Below are positions 19,759-29,358 of a stretch of DNA of 64,000 nucleotides, one piece after another. This DNA comes from a candidate division WOR-3 bacterium (lineage in GTDB: Bacteria; Hydrothermota; Hydrothermia; JBDRYB01), in contig JBDRYB010000003.1 in assembly GCA_039803205.1 (NCBI GenBank), forward strand, positions 32,001 through 96,000, given 5' to 3'. A program made the translations under genes and the position numbers. The first letter of the stretch is position 1; every line of letters begins with the position of its first letter. Under the pieces are notes generated by a model, which worked only from the letters and a program-made list of their open reading frames with translations, was not told the DNA's origin and ran no database searches.

Positions 19759-21243
19759 CTAGAATATTATGGCCTTATCTCCTATGAAGTGCTCCCCGAA
19801 ACCTATGTGCCAGAAATATACGCCCGGCGAGATCAGCCCTGGGATGAACACGGAGTTCTTGCCCTCTCCGAATTCAGAAGTGAGGGAATAGACGAGCCTG
19901 CCGGAGGCATCGTATATCCTTATGGCCGTCTGACCGCTGGCCGGAAGGGTAAAGTGAATGGTCCTGCCGCTCATGTATCCGGCCAGTCCCTTCTGGCCCT
20001 CGGCTTCTTCAACCCCCACTACATCCACGGTGTAGAGAAAGCTGAGCTGAGGGGTCGTATTATACCAGTTTATGCAGACAGGCATCAGAACGAGGGTATC
20101 GTAATCAAGGGTTGGAACAGTGAAGGCCGCATATCCCTTATCGTCAGCCTCATGTTCATACACATCCGAAGGAACAGTTGGCCCTGACCTGTAGCCTATC
20201 ACGAGGACCTTCCATGTATAGTCATCCTCCCCGTCAAAGTAAAAGAAGAGGCTATCCGCAGAACCCCATGAATCAAAGACGATGCAGTCGCATCCCCCTG
20301 GCCCCCTTATCGGCAGTATTCCCTCGTTCCCTGAAGCGGGATAGGTATGGTGAGCTCTCAGGGTAAATATGGAGGCCCACAGGTTGGCCTCTGACCAGTG
20401 CCACTGATCCCAGTGGCCCCCCGTGAACCACCTCCAGGCCGCGTATTCTGTTAGGGCGTTCTCAAGGCTATCCCCGTAATCCCTCCTGAGAACGCCATCT
20501 ATGTCCCTCATGGTATGATTGCCCCAGTGAAGCCCGAGGGTATCCCAGATGGTTCTTATGATGTCCCTGTTGTTCTCCCAGAACATAAGGAAAAGGGGCC
20601 AGACCACGCCAGCGTATTCGTAGAGGTCGCTGGGGTTTGTCATGTGGGTTATTTCGTAATTGGGCCTTCTCAGGGGCCCTACGCCATTTATATAGCCTAT
20701 GTAGGTGTTGTCATCCGGATACACCATCTCCTCGGCCCACACCGCGCAGTTCTCAAAGAACCAAGTTCCATCCGAAACAGTGTATGAGAACTGGCAAGCG
20801 TGCATGAACTCGTGGCAGACCGTGCTCTTCATGTATCCGCCCAGGTTATCATCAACGGCTATGTAGGAATAAAAGTCCTCCTGATACGGGTCAGGGCCCT
20901 CTCCCTCTGGAGCGCAGTAGCCGAGAACACCTCCTGTAAGCCCGATTATGTGTATGTCATACCGGTTATCACCTCCGGCTCCGTTGTCAGGAGGGGGCGC
21001 ATCAAAGCCCAAAGAGTCAACCTCAATCTCCCAAGAATACTCAGCTATCTCCGCTATCTGCCTCGCGTAGTCCTCTGATACAGCATATGCGCCAGTTGTG
21101 TCGTAGTGGATCCTGAAGTGCGTCGTGTCGTATGTGGTCTGGTTTGCTGGGCGGGGCATCCTGATCCCGTGCTCAAGGATATGTGGCGTGCCACATATCC
21201 AATTTCCAAATAAACATAGTCCAAAAACCATGCCTGACATCAA
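19759..21243 (-). CDS. Secreted zinc metalloprotease (MXAN_6640-like) with T9SS-like C-terminal domain
   Basis: ICGT, HFRIHY, HEFMH zinc motif, WFFENCAVWAEE, C-terminal IYDASGRLV...PGVYFW. Confidence 0.8.
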   Translation of the reverse strand: MMSGMVFGLCLFGNWICGTPHILEHGIRMPRPANQTTYDTTHFRIHYDTTGAYAVSEDYARQIAEIAEYSWEIEVDSLGFDAPPPDNGAGGDNRYDIHIIGLTGGVLGYCAPEGEGPDPYQEDFYSYIAVDDNLGGYMKSTVCHEFMHACQFSYTVSDGTWFFENCAVWAEEMVYPDDNTYIGYINGVGPLRRPNYEITHMTNPSDLYEYAGVVWPLFLMFWENNRDIIRTIWDTLGLHWGNHTMRDIDGVLRRDYGDSLENALTEYAAWRWFTGGHWDQWHWSEANLWASIFTLRAHHTYPASGNEGILPIRGPGGCDCIVFDSWGSADSLFFYFDGEDDYTWKVLVIGYRSGPTVPSDVYEHEADDKGYAAFTVPTLDYDTLVLMPVCINWYNTTPQLSFLYTVDVVGVEEAEGQKGLAGYMSGRTIHFTLPASGQTAIRIYDASGRLVYSLTSEFGEGKNSVFIPGLISPGVYFWHIGFGEHFIGDKAIIF

Positions 21244-21270
21244 AGGCTCCTTTTAGAGCTGTAGCCCTCT

Positions 21271-22776
21271 TTATCTTATTACGGCCTTGCCCTGACGACT
21301 CTGACCAGCAAAGGAGAACTCCCAGAAATAGACGCCCCTGGCAATGGACCCTGGAAGAGAAAGCCTATTCTCGCCAGAGGGGAATTCTCCCACGAGATCA
21401 AAGGCCTTTCTGCCCGTGGCATCGTAGAGCCTCAGGGAAACCTCGCCTCCCCTCGGAAGGTTAAAGAGGAAGTCGCGGCCCGCGGAGGCCACTCTCAGGA
21501 ACTTATCAGGGACGCTCTCGTCCGCAGCAACGACATCAACCGTGTATTCAAAGTAAAGGTCTTGGGTATATGAACCATCAATCCAGTTGCAGACCACGGG
21601 AACCAAAATGAGGCTATCGTAATCCGCTGTGGGTATCTTGCTCGTGCCATAGCCGGTAATGTCGTCAACGGGTATTCTCATTGTATCGGATGGGTTCGCG
21701 GCCCCGGTCCTGTAGCCTATGACGAAGAGCTCCCAGTCATACCCATCAGAACCGTCAAAGTAGAAGTAAAGGGTGTCGTTGGGGTTGTAGTTGTAGAAAA
21801 CCACATAGTCGCACCCGCCAGCGCCTCTCGGGTAGAATATCCCTTGGTTGCCGGAGGCGGGATAGGAACCATGATACTTCACAACCGTAGCGGGTGGATA
21901 GAGGTTCGCCTCTGACCAGTGCCAATTATCCGCTCTCCCTCCGACGAACCATCTCCAAAGAGCGTAGTTCTCAAGGGCTGTCTTGAGATCGGTGCCGTAA
22001 TAGGTGGAAAGGACATAGTCTATATCCGAATAGGAATGCGCGCCGACATTCACCCCGTATCTGTGCCAAATCATCTCTATGATAGCTGTATCTTTCACCC
22101 AGAGCATCAGAAACAGGGCCCACACAACGCCGCCGTATTCGTAGAGATCGGTTGGATTGGTCATGTGGTTTATTTCGTAGTTGGGCCTCTTGAGGGGGCT
22201 TACCCCGTTCAGATAGCCCACATATTCGTTATCATTCGGGTAGCACATCTCCTCCCCCCACATGGCGCAGTTCTCCATGAACCATATGTTGGCCTGAGTT
22301 CCGAGTGAACGCTCGTATGCCATCTCGCAAGCGTGCATGAACTCGTGGACAACGGTTGCTCTGAGGACCGAAGCGTTCAGATTCTTGCCTATAACTATGT
22401 AGCTCGTGTAGCTCTGGGGGTAGTTGCCGCCAGGGCTTTCCGGAGCAGTGTATCCGAGGACGCCGCCTGTCAGATACTGGACATACATGTCATACAGGCT
22501 ATCCCCGCCCATAGACCCATCTGAAGGAGGCTTCTCAAAACCGAGCTGGGTCACATAGACACTCCACCCGTGCTCCGCATACATTGCTATGCTGTCCGCG
22601 TATGACTTCGGAACCGCGTGGGTCCCTGTTGTGTCATAGTGTATCTTGAAGTGGGTCGTGGTTATGTAGGTCTGGCAGGTTGGCCGGGCCTTCGGGCCCT
22701 TCTCATCAAACTCCTCTGCTATCTGAGCGGTGCCGCATATTCCCGGCACGCCAACGAGGGATAGTGCTATAAACAT
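21271..22776 (-). CDS. Secreted zinc metalloprotease (MXAN_6640-like), tandem paralog
   Basis: Same motifs (ICGT, HFKIHY, HEFMH, WFMENCAMWGEE), colinear with 19759-21243. Confidence 0.8.
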   Translation of the reverse strand: MFIALSLVGVPGICGTAQIAEEFDEKGPKARPTCQTYITTTHFKIHYDTTGTHAVPKSYADSIAMYAEHGWSVYVTQLGFEKPPSDGSMGGDSLYDMYVQYLTGGVLGYTAPESPGGNYPQSYTSYIVIGKNLNASVLRATVVHEFMHACEMAYERSLGTQANIWFMENCAMWGEEMCYPNDNEYVGYLNGVSPLKRPNYEINHMTNPTDLYEYGGVVWALFLMLWVKDTAIIEMIWHRYGVNVGAHSYSDIDYVLSTYYGTDLKTALENYALWRWFVGGRADNWHWSEANLYPPATVVKYHGSYPASGNQGIFYPRGAGGCDYVVFYNYNPNDTLYFYFDGSDGYDWELFVIGYRTGAANPSDTMRIPVDDITGYGTSKIPTADYDSLILVPVVCNWIDGSYTQDLYFEYTVDVVAADESVPDKFLRVASAGRDFLFNLPRGGEVSLRLYDATGRKAFDLVGEFPSGENRLSLPGSIARGVYFWEFSFAGQSRQGKAVIR

Positions 22777-22861
22777 GATCTACCTCCATTTCTGTTTTCC
22801 AAATTATAAAACATCTGGGTTCGGTTTTGCAACATGCAGGAGAGGTGGTTCGTGCTTGTCG

Positions 22862-24091
22862 CTAGACCCTTCTCCTCACCCTAATCCTCAGCCCCTTCAC
22901 CTCCTCAACGACGATGGTGTCGCCTTTGGATATGTCATCCGCGGCCTCCGCGAGCCACCTCTCTCCGTGGACGAAGACCTGGCCCTTCCCGCCGGCCCTT
23001 ATGTCCTCAAGCGCCTCGCCCTCCTCGCCTATGAGGCCCTCCTTTCCCGTAGTGGGGCGCCACAGCTGGGCACGGATGGCCTTTCCAATGACGAAGATAA
23101 ACAGGAGAAGGGTGAGGATGACGACAACGGAGATGGAAACCCAGCTTATCCTTAAATATGGGACATTTATGTCAAAAAGCATGATAGAGCCGAAGAGAAG
23201 GGAGAGAACCCCTCCGGTGCCGAGTATGCCGTGGGAGGTTATCTTCACCTCCGCGAGCATGAGGCCAACCCCGAGGATGATGAGAAGGACGCCCGCGTAG
23301 TTCACGGGAAGGAGTTGAAAGGAGTAAAAAGCGAGGATCAGCGAAACCGCGCCCGTAACCCCTGGGAATATGCCGCCCGGGTGAGCGAGCTCAAACAGCA
23401 GGCCGTAAAGCCCTATCATCAGGAGGATATACGCTATATTTGGGTTAGCCAGTAGGGCAAGGAGGCTGTCCCTGAAACTCATTTCCCTCTTTATCACTCG
23501 TGCGCTTGCAAGCTCAAGCGTTTTCCCTCTCACGGGTCTGCCATCAAGGGCTATGAGCAACTCTTCCGGGCTGCTGGCGACCAGGTCAGCTATCCCAGCG
23601 GCAACAGCGCTGTCAGCGGAGAGGCTTTTGGAGTGTCTGACGAACCTCTCTGCCCACTCAGCCGGCCTCCCCGTCTTCGCGTAGAGGGAGGCGAGGTAAG
23701 CAACGGCGTCGTTGGTGATTTTCTCAAGCATGACCGAATCAGCCTTCTCCCCCATGGACACAGGATGAGCGGCTCCAATGTTTGTTCCCGGAGCCATGGC
23801 CAAGAAGTCAGCGGCCCCAGCGATAAAAACACCGGCTGACGCGCACCTTCCGCCAGAAGGGTAAACGAAAACGCATATGGGAACCTCAGATGCTATCTCC
23901 TCCTTCACTATGGTTCTCATGGATTCATCAAGGCCCCCAGGGGTGTCCATGTTTATTAGGATGAGGTCAACATGCTCCGAGTTCGCCTTTCTAATTTCCC
24001 TGGCGAGGTATTCCGTAACAGGCGGCGAAATTGCCCCGGAAACCGTGAGCTGGACCACAGTAGCTGAGAGAAGTGCCGAGCAAAGGGTCAT
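22862..24091 (-). CDS. nfeD: NfeD family membrane-bound ClpP-class serine protease (long form)
   Basis: DTPGGL, ASAG, GTNIGAAHPV, TM region, C-terminal OB-fold G.V.VHGERW.A; start at ATG 24091. Confidence 0.9.
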   Translation of the reverse strand: MTLCSALLSATVVQLTVSGAISPPVTEYLAREIRKANSEHVDLILINMDTPGGLDESMRTIVKEEIASEVPICVFVYPSGGRCASAGVFIAGAADFLAMAPGTNIGAAHPVSMGEKADSVMLEKITNDAVAYLASLYAKTGRPAEWAERFVRHSKSLSADSAVAAGIADLVASSPEELLIALDGRPVRGKTLELASARVIKREMSFRDSLLALLANPNIAYILLMIGLYGLLFELAHPGGIFPGVTGAVSLILAFYSFQLLPVNYAGVLLIILGVGLMLAEVKITSHGILGTGGVLSLLFGSIMLFDINVPYLRISWVSISVVVILTLLLFIFVIGKAIRAQLWRPTTGKEGLIGEEGEALEDIRAGGKGQVFVHGERWLAEAADDISKGDTIVVEEVKGLRIRVRRRV

Positions 24092-24224
24092 GATTATATT
24101 ATAATCCACCCTTGGCGCGAGATTCACTACCTTGAAACGCTAACTCCCTAACCAGCTGGTTCTACTCCTCCCAGCAAAATTTCCAACCCGGAGGACGAAA
24201 CCGCCAAGGATCAAGGTTTTACGG

Positions 24225-25811
24225 CTATTCTCCGAAGGCTCTCTTTCTAAGTCTTCTGTAGTATTGCCTGTATTCATCAATGTAACGGTCATAAGGAAAT
24301 TCAGGCAAGAGATCGTCCACTGCTAGCTCCCGGGCCTTTGCCAGAAGCGATTCTTTTTCATCCTGCTCATGGGACGATTCGGATCTGACAACCAAGTTTT
24401 CCAGCTCGGAAAGGTCTGTCCAGACATCGCCCTCAAGCTGGTAAAAATCGTGCTTGTGCACAATGAGAACATTTCTATCAAGGACCCTCCTGGCAAAGGA
24501 TACTGCCTGATAAAGCAGTTCCCGGTTCTTCCTGTCATATCTCTTTCTAGGCCAGAGGAGGTAGAAGAGATGATCCGCAGCTATCCTGTGTTTTGAGGAC
24601 AGCAGGAGATAAATAAGAAACAAGGCTGATTTTCTGCTTCGCCATTCCAGAGGTTTTATTTCTTTCCCCTCCACATATATTCTTAGCTTTCCAATGAGAT
24701 AAGCCCTGATGCCCTTGTCTTTGTAGCTCTCTGATATTCCCGTCACCATAGGTTCCACCCTCAAGATGAACTCTCCGAGAATGGGGTCCTTTTTGGAATT
24801 AGGATATAGGGGGATGAGGTGGCCTATGAGTTTCAAAGATTTGGTAAAGACAGGGCTATCAGTTTCCCAGGCCAAATAGGCGGCAGTAAGGCCCGAGAAA
24901 AAGGCTTCTGTGTTCTGATAAGCCTTAATATAATTGTTCGTGGCCTCCAAAAGACCTTCTGCGGTTTCCAGATCACTTTCCTTAAGAAGTGCTTCGGCCT
25001 CTTGGGCCGCGGCTTGTTCAGCCCAGGCTCCCTTTCTTGCGAGTTTTATTGCTTTCCTTATGAGCGCTTTGGGCGGCGGCTCAAGTCCTGTAAGCCGAGA
25101 GATCTCAAGGGCCTTGGCCAGAGGGACAATTGCATAGACCGAACCAAAACTCAGATGCCCCTCAGCGGATTTCATAAAATAAACTATACTCTCGCGAAGC
25201 TCTCCTGCTATTCTCAAACAGATGGCTTTAATTTCCTCCAGGACGCAATAAAAGATGCCCTTCTTTTCACTTCTCATAAGCGCATCGGTCATCCTAATGG
25301 CTTTATGTGGGTTTCCGAAAAATAACTCATATATTATCAGATAATATTGAGCGGTTACGAGACGAATATCTCTGAGTTTCCCTTTGGATTTGATGCGGGA
25401 CACCTCACTAAAACAATCGCGGTATTTGCCTTTCATAAAAAGGATGTGGCAAAAAGCAAGAGAAATTGCGTCTTGTGAATCTTCATCACCCAGCTCTTGG
25501 GCGATATCTAGCGCTCTAAGATAATACCTTTCAGATAATTCCAGTTCTCCCAAATCTACATACGCGTTGCCCATCAACCTCAAAAGGTAAAGAGTTGAAG
25601 CAGGATCATCACTGAGACGACTGAGAAGCTGTTGACCCTTCTTGATGGTCTGAGTAAACATATTTTTGTTGATACATATCCCCACATTAGCCAAGGCAAA
25701 TGCTAAGGGATCATCCCTTTTGAGCCGCTCTAAATAGGCAACAAGCTTGTAGCTCATGCCTTCTAGCATGAACATCATGACAGCCTTCTTGGCCTTCTCG
25801 GCTCTGGTCAT
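24225..25811 (-). CDS. TPR-containing transcriptional regulator with C-terminal SARP-type winged-helix and partial BTAD domain
   Basis: TPR-like helices; C-terminal AYLIGKLRIYVEG...WRSRKS...IYLLL...LLWP...LYQAVSFARRVL...YQL...VWTDL...LLPEFPYD pattern of SARP/AfsR-like activators; visibly AT-rich. Confidence 0.72.
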   Translation of the reverse strand: MTRAEKAKKAVMMFMLEGMSYKLVAYLERLKRDDPLAFALANVGICINKNMFTQTIKKGQQLLSRLSDDPASTLYLLRLMGNAYVDLGELELSERYYLRALDIAQELGDEDSQDAISLAFCHILFMKGKYRDCFSEVSRIKSKGKLRDIRLVTAQYYLIIYELFFGNPHKAIRMTDALMRSEKKGIFYCVLEEIKAICLRIAGELRESIVYFMKSAEGHLSFGSVYAIVPLAKALEISRLTGLEPPPKALIRKAIKLARKGAWAEQAAAQEAEALLKESDLETAEGLLEATNNYIKAYQNTEAFFSGLTAAYLAWETDSPVFTKSLKLIGHLIPLYPNSKKDPILGEFILRVEPMVTGISESYKDKGIRAYLIGKLRIYVEGKEIKPLEWRSRKSALFLIYLLLSSKHRIAADHLFYLLWPRKRYDRKNRELLYQAVSFARRVLDRNVLIVHKHDFYQLEGDVWTDLSELENLVVRSESSHEQDEKESLLAKARELAVDDLLPEFPYDRYIDEYRQYYRRLRKRAFGE

Positions 25812-25896
25812 GGGAATAGTTTAGAGATAGAGAACGATCAGAATCAAGTCGGAGAAGCTCCTTCGTCCGCACTCAACATTAGATTTGCAGAGCATT

Positions 25897-25970
25897 CACA
25901 AGGAACGCACCGGTTCTGTTTCAGCTCTGTTTCAGTTGATTCCGTAAATATAGGCCCGTATGCACGGAGG
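25897..25970 (+). promoter_or_regulatory. Left copy of duplicated promoter with GTTTCAG-N4-GTTTCAG direct repeats and GGAGG RBS
   Basis: CACAAGGAACGCACCGGTTCTGTTTCAGCTCTGTTTCAGTTGATTCCGTAAATATAGGCCCGTATGCACGGAGG, near-identical to the reverse complement of 37952-38026. Confidence 0.75.
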
Positions 25971-25979
25971 CATAGAATA

Positions 25980-26187
25980 ATGCAGATAACCTTGTTGGCA
26001 GCTCCTCAGACATGGAACGGTTGATATGGCTCCAAACAAACATGTATGCCTCCACTGCCCCAAACGGAGCAATGGTAGGCTTGTTCACCCCTGCAATCTC
26101 GCGGCAAGCGAGAACGGGATAAGCTTTGACTCTGGCGTCTATCTCTGGCACGCAGGGCCATATAAAGGAAAGGCAGTAGTGAGATGA
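25980..26187 (+). pseudogene. Collapsed remnant of secreted cargo genes (N-terminal stub plus orphan C-terminal domain)
   Basis: 25980-26024 encodes MQITLLAAPQTWNG*, resembling the start of 36347-37945 (MIKIILLIAQTWAPG); 26026-26187 ends in SNGRLV...FDSGVYLWHAGPYKGKAVVR*, the array's shared C-terminus. Confidence 0.75.
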
Positions 26188-26285
26188 AAACTATAGACCG
26201 GCTCCGGAACCTGCTCACCTCCTATTATGCCGGAGCCGGCCTATTTTTCTTTGAAAACGAAAACAACCTGGAGATTTTATCATGA
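26184..26285 (+). CDS. 33-aa linker ORF / hairpin element (diverged copy)
   Basis: MKTIDRLRNLLTSYYAGAGLFFFENENNLEILS*; ATGA overlap at both ends; stem CCGGCTCCGG/CCGGAGCCGG with CACCTCC in the loop. Confidence 0.55.
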   Translation: MKTIDRLRNLLTSYYAGAGLFFFENENNLEILS

Positions 26286-27820
26286 ACAACTTGCTGTTAG
26301 CTGTCATGGTTTCGCAGAACCTCTTCGCGAAGACCTATGGAGGGACGGGTAAGGAGTATGCCTATTCGGTAGCCAGGACCTCGGATGGCGGATATATAGT
26401 CGCTGGGGGCACGGCCAGCTACGGTGCTGGACAGGATGACTTCCTGGTCATCAAGATCTCGCCCACAGGAACCCCTGAATGGACAAGGACCTTCGGGGGA
26501 ACAAATATGGATGCCGCCTATTCCATAATCCAGACAACCGATGGGGGATATATGGTTGCTGGGGAAACCCGCAGTTTCGTGGCGGGAACCGCTGCTAACA
26601 TTGATTTTCTTGCGCTGAAGATCTCATCCACCGGAAACCCTGAGTGGGCAAGGACCTTTGGAGGAGCAAATGAGGATTTCTGTCGATCCATAATCCAGAC
26701 ATCAGATGGGGGATACGCACTTGTAGGGTTCACCAGAAGCTATGGTGTTGGGCTGGATGACTTTTTGATCATCAAAATCTCGTCTGCTGGGGCCCTTGAA
26801 TGGGCAAAGACATTCGGCGGAACGAATTATGATAATGCCTTCTCCATAGTACAGACCATAGACGGTGGTTATGTCGTTTCGGGTAGCACCATGAGCTTCG
26901 GGGCCGGCTACTGGGACCTTCTCTTGCTAAAGCTGTCGCCCACGGGAACCCTTGAGTGGGCGAGAACCTACGGGGGAGAAAATAATGACTTTACTACCTT
27001 ACCCGTGATACATACCGCTGACAGTGGTTTCATGTTCACGGGGCACACGGAGAGCTTTGGGGCCGGTGAAGCGGATCTGCTTGTCATGGAACTTTCGTCC
27101 ACCGGGGCTCCGGAGTGGACAAGAACCTTCGGAGGAACCGACTTGGATTGCGCTCGCTCTATAACCAGAACCGGGGATGGAGGGTTCGCGCTCGCAGGAT
27201 GGACATTGAGTTTTGGGGCTGGTTCTTGTGATTTCTTCATGATAAAGATTTCGTCCGCAGGAAGCCTTGAATGGGCAAGGACTTTCGGAGGGGAAGGTTG
27301 GGACGATCCCTTCTCTATGATCCAGACTCAGGATGGCGCCTACACGGTTGCAGGATGGACAACGGGCAGTTTTGATGGAAGTGACCCTGGCGATTTCCTT
27401 GTGATCAGGCTTGACCAGAACGGCAATTACCTGGATTGCATTCAGAGCTGTTCTCCTACCACAGGGCCAGCTTCCATTTCAATATCATCCCCTGGCGCGG
27501 ACCTTATTCCCTGTAATCCTTCTATAACCAACCCGAATCCAAGCGTCACGACTCCCGGACTTCAGGTATATGATGTCTGTCCACCCAGTTCTATTGAGGA
27601 GCCAGACAAAGTCCAAACATGGCCCCAGATCATTTGCGTATCTGATATAAGAGGGGTTATTTTCCATGCTTCCGGGGAAATGGAGATAAAGATCTACTCA
27701 TCCGATGGAAGGCTGTTCTGCTCCGAACAACTGCAGAGGGGACAGACCTCCATTCCTCTTGGCCAAGGAGTCTATCTCTGGCAAGCAGGACCCTATAAAG
27801 GAAAGGCTGTTGTAAGATGA
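26282..27820 (+). CDS. Secreted beta-propeller protein with conserved C-terminal domain
   Basis: Repeats of W.RTFGG...D...SI.QT.DGGY...G.T.S.G...DFL; Ser/Pro/Thr linker; ends GVYLWQAGPYKGKAVVR. Confidence 0.85.
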   Translation: MNNLLLAVMVSQNLFAKTYGGTGKEYAYSVARTSDGGYIVAGGTASYGAGQDDFLVIKISPTGTPEWTRTFGGTNMDAAYSIIQTTDGGYMVAGETRSFVAGTAANIDFLALKISSTGNPEWARTFGGANEDFCRSIIQTSDGGYALVGFTRSYGVGLDDFLIIKISSAGALEWAKTFGGTNYDNAFSIVQTIDGGYVVSGSTMSFGAGYWDLLLLKLSPTGTLEWARTYGGENNDFTTLPVIHTADSGFMFTGHTESFGAGEADLLVMELSSTGAPEWTRTFGGTDLDCARSITRTGDGGFALAGWTLSFGAGSCDFFMIKISSAGSLEWARTFGGEGWDDPFSMIQTQDGAYTVAGWTTGSFDGSDPGDFLVIRLDQNGNYLDCIQSCSPTTGPASISISSPGADLIPCNPSITNPNPSVTTPGLQVYDVCPPSSIEEPDKVQTWPQIICVSDIRGVIFHASGEMEIKIYSSDGRLFCSEQLQRGQTSIPLGQGVYLWQAGPYKGKAVVR

Positions 27821-27872
27821 GATTCTCTACACCAGACCAAGAGGCGAGTAGCTTCCGGGATATGCTTTACAA

Positions 27873-29162
27873 TCATTCCCCTGGATTCAGGACGATCGTC
27901 CTCGTATCCACTATATTTCCATGAGATGAGAGGGCCAGGAAGCAAACGCCCTTACCTATGCCATCAAGGCTAATGGAGTGCCTTCCGGGTTCAAGAGACC
28001 AGGTTCTCAGTTCCCTGCCAATAGGATCATAAGCTGTCAGTTGGCCTGCCTTGGTAAGCCTGATTTCAACGGAAACAGTAGAGAGCATAACGATGCTGTT
28101 CTCCTTTGGCCCTGAACTCTCTCCAATCTCAAGGGGAGGGCATCCTCTGTGCGCGTAGTAGAGATCGCCAGACCTGTAATATGCTATCCTGGGGCAGTCA
28201 TCTGAGCCCACCTGAAGGCTCCTGTCTGTCATCCAGTAACCTGCCCATGTATTGGGGTCAGCAACCTCTATCGTCCAAGATGATCCATTCCACACAGCAT
28301 ATTTTAGCCTCTGGTTGGTCACATCGTAGTAGGCTATGTGCGGCCTGTCCTGGGAATCCAGGGCCAAAGAGGTATAACGCCCGACATCGCCCGCGGTGTC
28401 AACCGTCTGTATCTGCCAGGATGAGCCGTTCCAGTAGGCGTATTTGAGGTCCCGCTTGGCCGCTGATGAATCGTAGTAGGATATGTGGGGCCTGTCCTGG
28501 GAGTCAATAGCGATGGATGTCCAGAGGCCAACGGATCCAGCTGTGTCAACCTTCTGGGTCTGCCAGGATGAGCCATTCCAATAGGCGTATTTTAGATCAC
28601 GAGCACTGGCCCCGAAGCTGTAATAGGCTATGTGAGGCCTGTCTTGGGAATCCAGAGCCAAAGAGGTGCAAATCCCCAGTATATCTACCTGCTGTAGCAC
28701 CCATGCCGAGCCGTTCCAGTAGGCATACTGAATTATGCTGTAGCCATTATCAGAATAGGCTATGCACGGTCTATCCAGAGAATTAAGGGCCAGAGATGTC
28801 CAGAGCGTATTCCCTACGGTATCAACAGTCTGTCTCTGCCACGAGGAACCGTTCCAGTAAGCATACTTGAGATCCGAGTTCACGCCGTCTATCCAGTAGC
28901 TGTATGAGATGCACGGCCTATCCTGGGAATCCAGGTCCACAGAGACATAGCCACCAGAGGCGCTCCCTATGGTGTCAACCCTCTGCGTCTGCCACCCTGA
29001 GCCGGCCCATCTCGCGTATTTCACGCCATATGTTGTGAAATCGCAGTAGGCTATGTGCGGCCAGTCCTGAGAGTCCAGAGCCAGGGCCGCGTAGTAGCCA
29101 ACATCTCCAGGCGCGTCCACCTGGAGCCAGCTCCACTGAGCTAAAAAGAGCCATACCATCAT
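27873..29162 (-). CDS. Secreted beta-propeller repeat protein (second type) with C-terminal domain
   Basis: About six repeats of TSLALDSQDRPHIAYYD...LKYAYWNGSSWQ.QTVDT.G; start ATG 29162 after GGAGG. Confidence 0.8.
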   Translation of the reverse strand: MMVWLFLAQWSWLQVDAPGDVGYYAALALDSQDWPHIAYCDFTTYGVKYARWAGSGWQTQRVDTIGSASGGYVSVDLDSQDRPCISYSYWIDGVNSDLKYAYWNGSSWQRQTVDTVGNTLWTSLALNSLDRPCIAYSDNGYSIIQYAYWNGSAWVLQQVDILGICTSLALDSQDRPHIAYYSFGASARDLKYAYWNGSSWQTQKVDTAGSVGLWTSIAIDSQDRPHISYYDSSAAKRDLKYAYWNGSSWQIQTVDTAGDVGRYTSLALDSQDRPHIAYYDVTNQRLKYAVWNGSSWTIEVADPNTWAGYWMTDRSLQVGSDDCPRIAYYRSGDLYYAHRGCPPLEIGESSGPKENSIVMLSTVSVEIRLTKAGQLTAYDPIGRELRTWSLEPGRHSISLDGIGKGVCFLALSSHGNIVDTRTIVLNPGE

Positions 29163-29163
29163 C

Positions 29164-29358
29164 TTAAAAACCTCCTCGTTTAAGGTTTTTGTTTTCAAGG
29201 GAAACACGGGCTGACCGGAGGTCGTTCTGAAGAACGAGCCGTTCCGGCCGATACCCCTGTATTTTCTCGCACAGGGTCGCGGCAAACACGATCATTCCCA
29301 GCATAATCCCAGTATGAATTATCACGAATGGGTTTGCGAGCCTTTCCCTTATATTCAT
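29164..29358 (-). CDS. Extended (64-aa) linker ORF
   Basis: Starts by ATGA overlap with the upstream stop, carries the LENKN / TTGAAAACAAAAAC motif and a GC-rich hairpin with ACCTCC, stops 1 nt before the next ATG. Confidence 0.5.
   Translation of the reverse strand: MNIRERLANPFVIIHTGIMLGMIVFAATLCEKIQGYRPERLVLQNDLRSARVSLENKNLKRGGF

Noticed and set aside
26026..26187. Orphan C-terminal copy as the template repeat of a diversity-generating retroelement
   Set aside because: No reverse transcriptase gene in the window, and the differences between copies are not confined to adenines.
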